From positions 1-23,192 of the forward strand of contig JBGQGY010000048.1 of assembly GCA_041497675.1 (NCBI GenBank): a stretch of 23,192 bases of DNA, read 5' to 3'. The position numbers were made by a program, and so were the translations under genes. Positions 8,342 to 17,129 of this stretch are shown here, piece after piece. Numbering within the stretch: position 1 is the stretch's first letter; each line of letters opens with the position of its first letter. Below the pieces are notes generated by a model. That model worked only from the letters and a program-made list of their open reading frames with translations, did not search any database and was not told the DNA's origin. Origin of the DNA: a bacterium. GTDB taxonomy: Bacteria > Sysuimicrobiota > Sysuimicrobiia > Sysuimicrobiales > Humicultoraceae.

Positions 8342-8782
8342 CTACTTGATGGCTTTCAGGGCGTCGTCGAGCATCCCGCCGAGCTTCTTTGCCCCGGTCT
8401 GCGCCGCGGCCAAATCCTTCATACCGAGTACGTTCACGCCCAGCTTCGCGGCGTCTTCCGAAATCTTGAGGGCGGCCGCACCCTTGGCGCCGGCGGTCTT
8501 GAGGTCCTTGAGAGCGCCGTTCCCCTGGCCCTCGCAGACGTTACCCCATTTCTTGTCGAAGCGCCTTTCTGTGGGGCCGACCAGACAGTTGACGGCATGA
8601 CCCGTGTGCTGGTACACGCCATTCAGTGAATCGGACGCCGCCGCGAACCCCGCGTGGGTCTTGGCCGTGTTCAACTCGGCCTTCGCCTGATCCAACGGGC
8701 TCATCGGCGCGGCGCTCGACCTCGTGGAATAGGGAGCCAGGATCAGGGCCAAAGCGGCGAGCGAGATGACGACGATGCGCAT
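8342..8782 (-). CDS. Secreted helical protein with His/Cys motif (H...HxxHxxNC...NxC), function unknown
   Basis: ATG 8782 after GAGGGG; signal peptide MRIVVISLAALALILAP...SSA; KTHAG, QHTGHAVNCLVGP, GNVCEGQGNG; ends 11 nt before the methyltransferase ATG. Confidence 0.8.
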   Translation of the reverse strand: MRIVVISLAALALILAPYSTRSSAAPMSPLDQAKAELNTAKTHAGFAAASDSLNGVYQHTGHAVNCLVGPTERRFDKKWGNVCEGQGNGALKDLKTAGAKGAAALKISEDAAKLGVNVLGMKDLAAAQTGAKKLGGMLDDALKAIK

Positions 8783-8898
8783 ATCAGGTTCACCCCTCGA
8801 CAAACGATCATGTACTTTCTAGAGAGTCATCATAGCAGGTTACGCAGCCGCTCACGATAAAGTTCTCGACAAATACAGCACGGGGCGAGGAGACCAGA

Positions 8899-9384
8899 AT
8901 GGCGACGAAGCAATGGAATGCTCCACCTTCGATGGCGATCGATCCCAAGAAAAAGTACCAGGCCCGGATACAGACCGCGAGGGGCGCGATCACGGTCGAG
9001 CTGCACGTGCAGCATGCGCCGAAAACCGTGAACAACTTCGTGTTCCTGGCGGGTGAGGGGTTCTATGACGGCATCATGTTCCATCGTGTGATCCCCGACT
9101 TCATGATCCAAACCGGCGATCCGACCGGCACGGGGCGCGGGGGGCCCGGGTATCGCTTCGAGGACGAGACGAAAGGGAATCCAGCCCGGCACGAGACAGG
9201 CGTCATCTCCATGGCCAACGCCGGGCCGAACACCAACGGGAGCCAGTTCTTCATCACCCATGCTCCGCAGCCCCATCTGGACGGGAAACATACGGTGTTC
9301 GGGAAAGTCGTCGATGGACAGGATGTCGTGAACGCGATCCGGCAAGGCGATCAATTGACAAAGGTGGAAATCGACGAAGTTTAG
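8899..9384 (+). CDS. ppiB: Cyclophilin-type peptidyl-prolyl cis-trans isomerase
   Basis: [66 protein letters not shown]. ppiA/ppiB naming is ambiguous. Confidence 0.97.
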   Translation: MATKQWNAPPSMAIDPKKKYQARIQTARGAITVELHVQHAPKTVNNFVFLAGEGFYDGIMFHRVIPDFMIQTGDPTGTGRGGPGYRFEDETKGNPARHETGVISMANAGPNTNGSQFFITHAPQPHLDGKHTVFGKVVDGQDVVNAIRQGDQLTKVEIDEV

Positions 9385-10211
9385 ACGACGAGTGCCTGGC
9401 CGTAGTCGCTGGTCCGGTCTAGGACTACCATCGTCTCGTGTACGGCGCGCGCGGCTTCCACGACCCAACGTTCCTGTTCGCTTGGCTCCTGCATGCCAAA
9501 CGCGGTCATGATCGCCATCGCGTAAGGTCGGCGTGGAAGGAACACCACTCCCGCGTCACACTTGACCCGATCCATCCCGCCCGGCTTATTCGCCATCGGC
9601 ACCGTCGCCGGCACCGCGACGTTGAACCACCCGCGCTTGGGCTTCTTGAGGATCGCCAGCGCCCGCTCGGCAACCCAAGGCGTCGGTTGACCGGCGAGGA
9701 GCCGCTCGAGCATCGCGACGCACTCGGCGGGCGTGGCGACGTTTTCGTCGTTGCGGGCAACCGCGGCCTGATCCTGCATCTTGCGGCGCAGCGTGGTGCG
9801 CGGGAGTCCCATCTCGCGTATGAGCGCATTGGTCGCGTCCATGCCGGCCAGGTCGATGCACACGTTCGTGGCGCTATTGTCCGAGACGATGATCATCAGG
9901 ATGGCGACGTCAAGGATGGTGAGCTCCGGATCGCCCTCCAGGTAGGTGAGGACCCCGCTCCCGGGTACGCGCGCGGAAGGTTCGATCCGTATCCTCTTCG
10001 CGAGATCGATCTCGCGCCGCTCGGCGCGGCGCAGCAATTGCGTGAGGATGTGGATCTTGATCGTTGAAGCGGTGGGGAACAGGTCATCGGCCCCAATGGC
10101 GATGACCGCGCCCCGCGTGAGGTCCTTGATGTAGACGCCCGCCGTACCGGGGAATCCCGCGACGCGCCGGGTCACGTCGTGCTCAAGCCGCTGCCACAAC
10201 GGTGCGCTCAT
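9381..10211 (-). CDS. Serine hydrolase, class A beta-lactamase-like (Beta-lactamase2 family), no signal peptide
   Basis: FPTASTIK (SxxK), [11 protein letters not shown] (SDN), ANKPG (KTG-like); ATG 10211 after AAGGGG. Confidence 0.9.
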   Translation of the reverse strand: MSAPLWQRLEHDVTRRVAGFPGTAGVYIKDLTRGAVIAIGADDLFPTASTIKIHILTQLLRRAERREIDLAKRIRIEPSARVPGSGVLTYLEGDPELTILDVAILMIIVSDNSATNVCIDLAGMDATNALIREMGLPRTTLRRKMQDQAAVARNDENVATPAECVAMLERLLAGQPTPWVAERALAILKKPKRGWFNVAVPATVPMANKPGGMDRVKCDAGVVFLPRRPYAMAIMTAFGMQEPSEQERWVVEAARAVHETMVVLDRTSDYGQALVV

Positions 10212-10227
10212 GTTCTTGGACCCCTTT

Positions 10228-10620
10228 TCACCAGATACACGCGACGTCGAACGCGGCAAAAGCGCGATCCTCGGTGAGGAGCGGCACACCCTCGATCTGC
10301 GCTTGAGCGGCCAGCATCCGGTCAAAGGGATCACGGTGGGCCACGGTGAACGCACCCGCCCTCAGTGCGTGCTCAGAGGTCATCGGGAGTTCAATGCCTC
10401 CCAAGCGCTGCAGGTGGCGACGGTAGCCTGCGAGGACCGCTTCGGCTCCCGCGAGCCTGCCCAGGCGGTGCTTCGTGGCGATCTCCCAGGCCGACGCACT
10501 GGAGACGACGACGGTGTTTGCCTGGTCTTCGACGAGCGAGCGGGCCCGCCTAGAGAGTCGCTTTGGCTCCATGAGCGCCCAGAGGAAAACGTGGGTATCG
10601 AGGAGCAGGGTCAGCGCCAC
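10228..10620 (-). CDS. vapC: PIN-domain (VapC family) toxin
   Basis: LLLDTHVFLW, SSASAWEI, HRDPFDRMLAAQA, LLTED; overlaps the antitoxin 3' end. Confidence 0.93.
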   Translation of the reverse strand: MALTLLLDTHVFLWALMEPKRLSRRARSLVEDQANTVVVSSASAWEIATKHRLGRLAGAEAVLAGYRRHLQRLGGIELPMTSEHALRAGAFTVAHRDPFDRMLAAQAQIEGVPLLTEDRAFAAFDVACIW

Positions 10621-10838
10621 GCTGCGAGTTCCTCTTCGGGCAGAGGCTCGAAGAAGGATTTGGGCACGTGCCCCATGATGAATCCTAATACGCGCTTCCT
10701 GGGCGCCTCGTACGGCACGAGCTTGGCGAAGGGCTTGCCGTACTTGGCCAGCACGATCTCCTCCCCGGCTTTCACCCGATCCAGGAGTTCGGAAAGGTGC
10801 GTTTTGGCCTCGTAGACATTGACGATGCTGTCGCCCAT
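10611..10838 (-). CDS. Phd/YefM-family antitoxin
   Basis: VNVYEAKTHLSELLDRVKAGEEIVLAKYGKPFAKLVP; GGAGG RBS before ATG 10838. Confidence 0.93.
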   Translation of the reverse strand: MGDSIVNVYEAKTHLSELLDRVKAGEEIVLAKYGKPFAKLVPYEAPRKRVLGFIMGHVPKSFFEPLPEEELAAWR

Positions 10839-10857
10839 CGACGGCACCTCCAATTCG

Positions 10858-10886
10858 AGTCTACTAGATTAGATCAACATGGTCAA
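10858..10886 (-). promoter_or_regulatory. Sigma70-type promoter of the TA operon with a palindromic operator over the -10
   Basis: Minus strand TTGACC (10886-10881) - N17 - TAGACT (10863-10858); palindrome TCTA-C-TAGA at 10860-10868. Confidence 0.75.
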
Positions 10887-11968
10887 GACTGCGCTCCCGC
10901 CAGCCGGTGCCACAAGAGGACAAACTGCTGAATCCACGCGGCCTCCGGCCCCGCCGATTGGGTGAGCGTCCACCAGGTCTGTGGCCGCCCGAGGTGGACA
11001 ACCTTGGGATCGCCCAGAGAGATCCCCGCGAGACCGGCGATCACCCACTTGTGAAACGGCGGCTCCGGAAGGTCGGCCGCCGCCGCCATCGCCTGTCGAA
11101 CCAGTTCGATCAATCGCTCATACCGTGCGTGTTCGTCACCGTAGTATGACACGAGGTTGAGGCGACCCTCCGCTGCGTCGTCGGCCTGATCGGTATACTC
11201 ATCGAGCAACACCTGGAGCCGGCCGATGGCGGACAGATACGCGGCGGCGCACCGGCTGACGGCGAACCGGCCGGGATCCGGCTGGGCGGCGAGCCGAAAC
11301 AAGGCGAACACCCCGAGCGGGGATCCGTACGCAGCGACGGTTTCCGGCCACGTGTGACCCTCATGCGCGAGCTCATGAGACCATCGCTCGAATGCCCGTT
11401 CCGCGTCGCTCTTCGAGTAAGTATGCCTGCGTTCTTGGAAGTCGATCAACAGCTTGGTGACCATGGTGATCGTCGGCGCCACGGCCGCGTAGCCTGCCAT
11501 CTGGGCCACGGCGCCCCGGCACGCGCCCACCAGCGCGCCGAGGTACCCCCCGTCGTCCCTGTGCGGGTGGAAGTCGTAGTAACCGCCTCGGGCGCGCCCG
11601 GGATCCACCGCGTCAAGCAACGCTCCGTGCAGGCGATGATGGTCGTCGGCGTCGAGTTCGTCGGCGGAGTCGCCGATCGTATCGAGATAGTCGGCAATCG
11701 CCTGAAAGGCCACGCTTGCGGTGATCACCGCGTCAGGCGCCTTGAGACCGGTGGCGTACACGGCGGCGCCTTCATAGTGGAAGCGAGCGGCCCGGATGGT
11801 GGTCACCGCCTGGTGCCTGAGGACTGGGTGTGGGATTGCGTGGGCGCGGGGCAGCCAGTACGTCGCCACCTGCCGGCGGCTCTGCATCAACGCGCCGAGC
11901 ACATACATCGCCGAAAGACGCAGAAAGTGGAGGCGGTCGATCGTGAAGAGCCCGGCTTCCTGAAGCAC
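10883..11968 (-). CDS. ytpB: YtpB-like (tetraprenyl-beta-curcumene synthase / DUF2600, class IB) terpene synthase
   Basis: FHYEG, AFQAIADYLDTIGD, YYDF...DDGGYLGALVGAC, GSPLGVF, LQVLLDEYTDQADDAAEGRLNLVSYY, FHKWVIAGL, LGDPKV are colinear with the B. subtilis YtpB motifs as I recall them. Start is uncertain; GTG 11968 chosen, because the track start at 12133 overlaps the divergent ABC gene. Confidence 0.88.
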   Translation of the reverse strand: MLQEAGLFTIDRLHFLRLSAMYVLGALMQSRRQVATYWLPRAHAIPHPVLRHQAVTTIRAARFHYEGAAVYATGLKAPDAVITASVAFQAIADYLDTIGDSADELDADDHHRLHGALLDAVDPGRARGGYYDFHPHRDDGGYLGALVGACRGAVAQMAGYAAVAPTITMVTKLLIDFQERRHTYSKSDAERAFERWSHELAHEGHTWPETVAAYGSPLGVFALFRLAAQPDPGRFAVSRCAAAYLSAIGRLQVLLDEYTDQADDAAEGRLNLVSYYGDEHARYERLIELVRQAMAAAADLPEPPFHKWVIAGLAGISLGDPKVVHLGRPQTWWTLTQSAGPEAAWIQQFVLLWHRLAGAQS

Positions 11969-12071
11969 ACTAATCGAGTTTCTTGTCGCGGGATCGAATT
12001 CCTGTCCTAAGGGTATGGGTGCACGCGCCTCGCAGAGGGGTTCGCTGGCTCGGCTCGAAGCGTGTTGCACG

Positions 12072-12764
12072 ATGTCGGCCGCCCTTGTCCACCTAGAGCG
12101 TGTTTCGCACGTGTTCGAGGCAGGTCTCGTCAAGGCGCTCGGCGACGTGACGCTGACGATTGGTCACCAGGAACTCGTCGCCGTCCTGGGGGCGAGCGGG
12201 AGCGGGAAGTCCACGCTCCTACACGTGTTGTGCGGGTTGCTCGCGCCGACCTCCGGACGCGTCGTGTTTGAAGGGATGGTGCCACCCGGGCAGCGGGCGT
12301 GGGCGCGCCTGCGCGCCACGCGGATCGGGTTCGTGTTCCAATCGATCCACCTGCTGCCCACCTTGACCGCGCTCGAGAACGTCCAGGTGCCCATGTTCGG
12401 CGTCATCAAGCGTGAGACAGATCGCATCAAGCGCGCGGCCGGGCTCCTCGAACGGGTGGGACTGCGCGACCGGATGCGCCATCTTCCCGGCCAGCTTTCG
12501 GGTGGTGAGCGGCAGCGAGCCGCGATTGCCCGGAGTCTTGCCAACACCCCCACGCTCGTGCTCGCCGACGAACCGACCGGCAACCTCGATTCCGAAAGCG
12601 CCGCCGGCGTGCTCGATCTCTTCACAGAGTTGCACGCCACGGAAGGCGTGACGCTTGTCGTGATCACGCACGACCTGGACGTCGCCCGGCGGTGCCGGAG
12701 GTTGGTGCGCGTGGCAGACGGCCGGCTCGTGAGCGACACCATCGTCGAGGGAGCCGGGTCGTGA
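12072..12764 (+). CDS. ABC transporter ATP-binding protein (LolD/MacB-like)
   Basis: GASGSGKS, IGFVFQ, LSGGERQR, LADEPTGNLD, VITHD; ATG 12072 preferred over 12015. Confidence 0.95.
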   Translation: MSAALVHLERVSHVFEAGLVKALGDVTLTIGHQELVAVLGASGSGKSTLLHVLCGLLAPTSGRVVFEGMVPPGQRAWARLRATRIGFVFQSIHLLPTLTALENVQVPMFGVIKRETDRIKRAAGLLERVGLRDRMRHLPGQLSGGERQRAAIARSLANTPTLVLADEPTGNLDSESAAGVLDLFTELHATEGVTLVVITHDLDVARRCRRLVRVADGRLVSDTIVEGAGS

Positions 12765-13882
12765 AGTTTTTGATTCTCCCGGTACGGAACATCACCCGGC
12801 GGCCGATCAGATCAGCGTTGACGGCCGCAGGGATTGCCGTTGCCATTGCCAGCTTCGTCGCCCTGACAGGCATGTCGCGGGCGCTCGAAGGCGGGTGGGT
12901 GCGGAGTCTGGTCGAGCGAGACACGCACCTCATGGGGTTGCGAAAGGGTGCGGTCGAGATCCTCACCACTACACTCGACGAGAACCTGACCGGGCCGATG
13001 AAGCAGGTGAGCGGCGTCAAAGACGTCGCCGGAGAGCTTGTCGATCTGGTCACGCTCCCGACGGGCCAGGCGGTGCTGATGACCGGATGGCCGGCAGGGA
13101 GTTTTCTCTGGCAGACGCTCCCGCTGCGGGACGGTCGCGTGCCGGCCGCCGATGATGAGCGGTGGGTCGTGATCGGGGAACCGATGGCCGCCCACCTGGG
13201 TGTCGGTGTGGGCGACACGCTGTCGATTCGCGGCGCGCCGTTCACGGTGGCCGCGATCTCCAGACCAAAGGCCGTGCTGAACAGACACGCGGTGGTGGCG
13301 CCGCTGCGCGCGATGCAGCGTCTCTTGGATCGACCCGGCCGGGTGACCGTGTTTAACGTGCGGCTCGAACGCCCGGACGATCCCGCGGCGGTGGCCCGCG
13401 CGCGCGCGCAGCTGAGCGTGATGTTTCCGGACGTGACCTTCACCGAGAGCGGAGCCGTTGCCGAGCAAAACGAGATTCTCGGCATGCTGCGCGCCGTCGC
13501 CTGGGGGACGTCGACCATTGCGCTGCTGATGGGGTTGATGGCCGTCCTGAATACGCTGTTGATGGCGGTCACTGAGCGAAGCCGGGAGATCGCGTTGCTG
13601 TCGGCCATGGGGTGGCCGCAAGCACGCGTCCTCTGGTTGATCCTGCTCGAAGGGCTCGTGCTTGCGCTGGTGGGGTCGGGTGTGGGCGCGGCGCTCGGCC
13701 TCGGCGCGCTCCAGGGTATCAGCCGGCACCCGAGCATGCGGGCGTTCCTGGAAATCCAGGTTGGCCCCAGGGTGATCTGGGAGGTCGTGGCGGCCGGCGT
13801 CGCGTTGGGCGGGTTGGGCGGGTTGTATCCGGCCTGGCGGGCCGTCCGGCAGCCGCCCGCCGAGGTTCTCCAGCGCGAATGA
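12761..13882 (+). CDS. ABC transporter permease (FtsX/MacB/LolE-like)
   Basis: GTGA overlap with the ATPase stop; RNITRRPIRSALTAAGIAVA, extracytoplasmic domain, NTLLMAVTERSREIALLSAMGW, GLYPAWRA. Confidence 0.93.
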   Translation: MKFLILPVRNITRRPIRSALTAAGIAVAIASFVALTGMSRALEGGWVRSLVERDTHLMGLRKGAVEILTTTLDENLTGPMKQVSGVKDVAGELVDLVTLPTGQAVLMTGWPAGSFLWQTLPLRDGRVPAADDERWVVIGEPMAAHLGVGVGDTLSIRGAPFTVAAISRPKAVLNRHAVVAPLRAMQRLLDRPGRVTVFNVRLERPDDPAAVARARAQLSVMFPDVTFTESGAVAEQNEILGMLRAVAWGTSTIALLMGLMAVLNTLLMAVTERSREIALLSAMGWPQARVLWLILLEGLVLALVGSGVGAALGLGALQGISRHPSMRAFLEIQVGPRVIWEVVAAGVALGGLGGLYPAWRAVRQPPAEVLQRE

Positions 13883-13883
13883 C

Positions 13884-14546
13884 ATGCACTCATATCTGGT
13901 GACCAGCCTGTTCCTGACGGCACTCTGTCTGGCCGGTCTCTGGCTCGTCCCGCGGCATCGGACGCCCGCTCTGCTCAGCGCGGTGCTCGGCGTTCCTGGC
14001 GCCGCGTACTCGCTCGTCTTTGTGCCCACGTATTGGAATCCCGTCCGGATCCTCGCGCTGCCAATTGGCATCGAAGACGTGCTGTTCTCCTTTGCCAACG
14101 GCGGGCTCGTGTGGCTCCTCGTGGCCGTCTGGACACCCGGCATCCGGGTGAGCATCGACGCGGCGACAGTGGCGAAGCGATGGCTGGCGGTGACGGCGGC
14201 TTTTACGCTGCTGCTGGTCGTCATCGCGCGCGCGGGCGTTCCCGTGATGCATGCCGGTCTGGTCGGCGCCGCCGTCATTTTTGGAGCGCTGCTTTGGCTT
14301 TGCCCCGCATACTGGCCGCTCGCTGTGCGGGGCGCGATCGCCTTCACCATTCTCTACGGAGCGATCCTGTTCGGGAGCCTGCAGCTCTGGCCGGGCGCGC
14401 TGTCCCAGTGGAACACACGGGTGCTGAGCGGGATCGTGTTTCTCGGTGCGCCGGTCGAAGAGGTGGTCTGGGCGCTGGCGTACGGCGCACTCTATCCCGT
14501 CGTGATGGCGTTCTTCCTCGACGCGCGCATGTCTCACCGCCGGTAG
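13884..14546 (+). CDS. Polytopic membrane protein with two lycopene-cyclase (CrtYc/Yd-type)-like repeats
   Basis: About 7 hydrophobic segments; two repeats W-N...(P/G)-x-E-(D/E)-V-x-(F/W): YWNP...IGIEDVLFSF and QWNT...GAPVEEVVWAL; starts 1 nt after the permease stop. Confidence 0.7.
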   Translation: MHSYLVTSLFLTALCLAGLWLVPRHRTPALLSAVLGVPGAAYSLVFVPTYWNPVRILALPIGIEDVLFSFANGGLVWLLVAVWTPGIRVSIDAATVAKRWLAVTAAFTLLLVVIARAGVPVMHAGLVGAAVIFGALLWLCPAYWPLAVRGAIAFTILYGAILFGSLQLWPGALSQWNTRVLSGIVFLGAPVEEVVWALAYGALYPVVMAFFLDARMSHRR

Positions 14547-15889
14547 GCGACCCGCCAGATCGTGTTGTTGCCGTCCTCCGTGACAAGCAGCGAACCGTCG
14601 CGCATCACGGCCACGCCGACCGGGCGTCCCCACACGCTGTTGGCGTCCGCCACGAACCCCGTCAGAAAATCCTCATAGACGCCCGTCGCGCGGCCATCGC
14701 GCACGATCACGCGGACCACCTTGTACCCCGTCCGCGTTTCACGGTTCCATGACCCGTGGAGCGTCACGAAAGCGTCGCCCCGATATTCCGCGGGAAACTG
14801 ATTGCCGTCGTAGAAGACGATCCCCAGCGTCGCAGAGTGAGCCTGGATCAACACGTCGGGCACCGTGACGGCGCCCCGCAGATCGGGACGGGCACCCCTG
14901 AGCCGCGGGTCTTCGTTGGCGCCGATGTAGTACCAGGGCCATCCGTAGAACGCGTCTTGCTGGACACGCGTGGCGTAGTCGGGCGGTACGTTGTCACCGA
15001 GATGGTCGCGCTCATTCACCACACACCAGAGGCTGCCGGTCCCCGGCTGAATGGTCACGCCCGAACAGTTGCGGAGTCCTGTCGCATAGTTCCGAATCTG
15101 GCGCCCATCCGGATCAAACACCCGGACCACGGCGCGATTCTCCTCACTGCCCCACGCGGCGCCGCGGCCGTGCGTGGCCTCGAAGGTCCGAATGTCCTCT
15201 GCGCTGCGGGATGCCAGTCCCCCGGCGACGTTTGATGCCGATCCCACGGCGACGAACAGCCGGCTCCCGTCGGGCGCGACGGCGAGGTCGCGCGTCCAAT
15301 GTCCGGAGGCTGGGATGTTGGCGATGATGACCTGCGCGGGCCCGCTCGCCTTCAGATCGCCGTTGGTGTACGGGTATCGGACGACCTGGTGCGTTTCGCC
15401 CACGTAGACGAAGCGCGGGTTGTCGGCGGGGTGGAACGCGATCCCGTACGGCCTTGATAGATTTTCCGCGAAGATCTCCTGCTGCGCGGGTCTGGCGGCG
15501 CCATCGGGGGCGCGGAGAACGCGAATGCGGCCGGCGCCGCTCTCCGCGACAAAGATATCGCCGTTGGGGGCGCGACGAACGACGCGTGGCACGCTAAGCC
15601 CGGTGGCGTAGACATCCACGGTAAACCCGGCGGGTACGCGCGGTGAGGTGTTTTCAGGACGCTGGACAACTCTGGGACCCGCCCGCACATCGGCATTTTC
15701 GGCTTCGGTCGCGTTCTTGGGTGGCGGGAGGTCGTTCGGGCTGATGTGACGCTGCACTCCCGGAGCGTCGGTTCGCCAGTCCCCAAAGGCGGTCGTTCCG
15801 GTGCGGATCTGAGCATCGGACGTCATGGTGAGCAGCACCACGCTCAGGGCCACCATGCACGCGAGCACATACACAAGCGAATTGCGCAT
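14534..15889 (-). CDS. Exported PQQ-dependent sugar / L-sorbosone dehydrogenase family beta-propeller protein
   Basis: Signal peptide; APNGDIFVAE, HWTR, VGSASN, GLRN, NERD, YGWPWYY, HGSWNR, GRPVGV; AGGAGG RBS before ATG 15889. Confidence 0.9.
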   Translation of the reverse strand: MRNSLVYVLACMVALSVVLLTMTSDAQIRTGTTAFGDWRTDAPGVQRHISPNDLPPPKNATEAENADVRAGPRVVQRPENTSPRVPAGFTVDVYATGLSVPRVVRRAPNGDIFVAESGAGRIRVLRAPDGAARPAQQEIFAENLSRPYGIAFHPADNPRFVYVGETHQVVRYPYTNGDLKASGPAQVIIANIPASGHWTRDLAVAPDGSRLFVAVGSASNVAGGLASRSAEDIRTFEATHGRGAAWGSEENRAVVRVFDPDGRQIRNYATGLRNCSGVTIQPGTGSLWCVVNERDHLGDNVPPDYATRVQQDAFYGWPWYYIGANEDPRLRGARPDLRGAVTVPDVLIQAHSATLGIVFYDGNQFPAEYRGDAFVTLHGSWNRETRTGYKVVRVIVRDGRATGVYEDFLTGFVADANSVWGRPVGVAVMRDGSLLVTEDGNNTIWRVAYRR

Positions 15890-15902
15890 TGGAGTTCGCC
15901 TC

Positions 15903-17129
15903 CTACCGTGCAGTCTCTCGGGCACCCTGCGCCCGGCGCATCAGCGCTGCGCCGGTCAGCGTACACAGTGCCGAGATCGTCAGGATGACTTTGGAACCCA
16001 CCACGGGGAGAAGCAGGCCGCTCAATATCGGCGCGATCACACCGCGTACGCCGACCAGCGTATTGTAGATGGCCACGTAGTGGCGGATTTGGCCAATCGG
16101 CGCGTATTGGAAGACACCCTGCAGCCAGCCCAGGTCGATGCCCGCTGAGGTGAGGCCGTCCGTCACCCCCGCTGCCAGCGCCATCCACGGCGTGGTGGCG
16201 ACCAGGTAGATCAACGGCGTCATGGTGCCGACTACGAAGACCGGGACCACGGCGTGGGTGGCCGGCCTGCGATCCATGAGCCGTCCCCAGTAATAGTAGG
16301 CGACGATCGCGGTCGCGGAGGTCGTCGCACCGAGCAGGCCGACCTGGAAGTTGCTCGCGTGGAGCACGTCGACCAGCAGGATGGGTATGACGGGCGCCAT
16401 GAGCCAGACGCCAAATCCAAACACGAAGAACCCGGCGAGAAACCGCAAAAAGGGACGATCGGTCCGCAGGAGGTGCCAGGTGTCCGTGAGGGTGCTCGGC
16501 GCCTGCCCTGTGTCGGACACTCGCATCTGCTTGAGCATGAACGGGCTGATGATGCCGAAGAGCGCGGCAGCCGCGAACACCCATTGAAACGGCACTTCTT
16601 GCAGGACGCGCCCGCCGACAAAGGCCGTCACCGCCCAGACGAGGGCCATCCACGCGCGCACGAACGCCACGATTCGAGCGCGGACCTCTTGCGGGTACGC
16701 CTCGCGGATCACCTGGGCGTACGCGAGACTGCCGATCGAGGTGACGGTGTACTGCAGAAGAATCAGGCCCACATAGGGTTCCGGCGCGTGGACCAGCGGC
16801 AACAGCAACAAGAGCCCCCGCCCGGCGACCTGCGTGCGGATGATCATGTGCAGGGAGGGCGTGCGGTGAATGGCGTTGGCCCACCAGAGCGAGCCAAGCA
16901 GGCCAATCGAGGGAGCCGCGACGAGCAGCGAGACTTCTAGCGGCGAGGCACCGAGGCGTCGGCCCATGACGGGCACAAACGGGACAGTGAGGCCGGCGAA
17001 GACCCCAAAGAGGATTGCCGCTGTGAGATCCGCCTTGACGCTCGGTCGAATCGCGGGAGGCACCCACCGGAGAACGCGATCCCACACGGTCAGCGCACGA
17101 TCACGACCGCGGCCGCCTGCGTCCTTCAT
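15903..17129 (-). CDS. MFS transporter
   Basis: About 12 hydrophobic segments, WGRLMDRR motif-A-like loop. The start may be a slightly downstream GTG near the upstream gene's stop. Confidence 0.88.
   Translation of the reverse strand: MKDAGGRGRDRALTVWDRVLRWVPPAIRPSVKADLTAAILFGVFAGLTVPFVPVMGRRLGASPLEVSLLVAAPSIGLLGSLWWANAIHRTPSLHMIIRTQVAGRGLLLLLPLVHAPEPYVGLILLQYTVTSIGSLAYAQVIREAYPQEVRARIVAFVRAWMALVWAVTAFVGGRVLQEVPFQWVFAAAALFGIISPFMLKQMRVSDTGQAPSTLTDTWHLLRTDRPFLRFLAGFFVFGFGVWLMAPVIPILLVDVLHASNFQVGLLGATTSATAIVAYYYWGRLMDRRPATHAVVPVFVVGTMTPLIYLVATTPWMALAAGVTDGLTSAGIDLGWLQGVFQYAPIGQIRHYVAIYNTLVGVRGVIAPILSGLLLPVVGSKVILTISALCTLTGAALMRRAQGARETAR

Noticed and set aside
9381..10211. Bona fide antibiotic-resistance beta-lactamase
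   Set aside because: No signal peptide, KPG rather than KTG, and no clear omega-loop ExxLN motif; better called a generic serine hydrolase.
12664..14350. Long minus-strand ORFs of 419 and 512 aa
   Set aside because: Antisense shadows of the ABC permease and cyclase-like genes in high-GC DNA; no recognisable motifs.
15844..17085. 413-aa alternative-frame ORF
   Set aside because: Arg/Pro-rich off-frame product overlapping the clear MFS gene.
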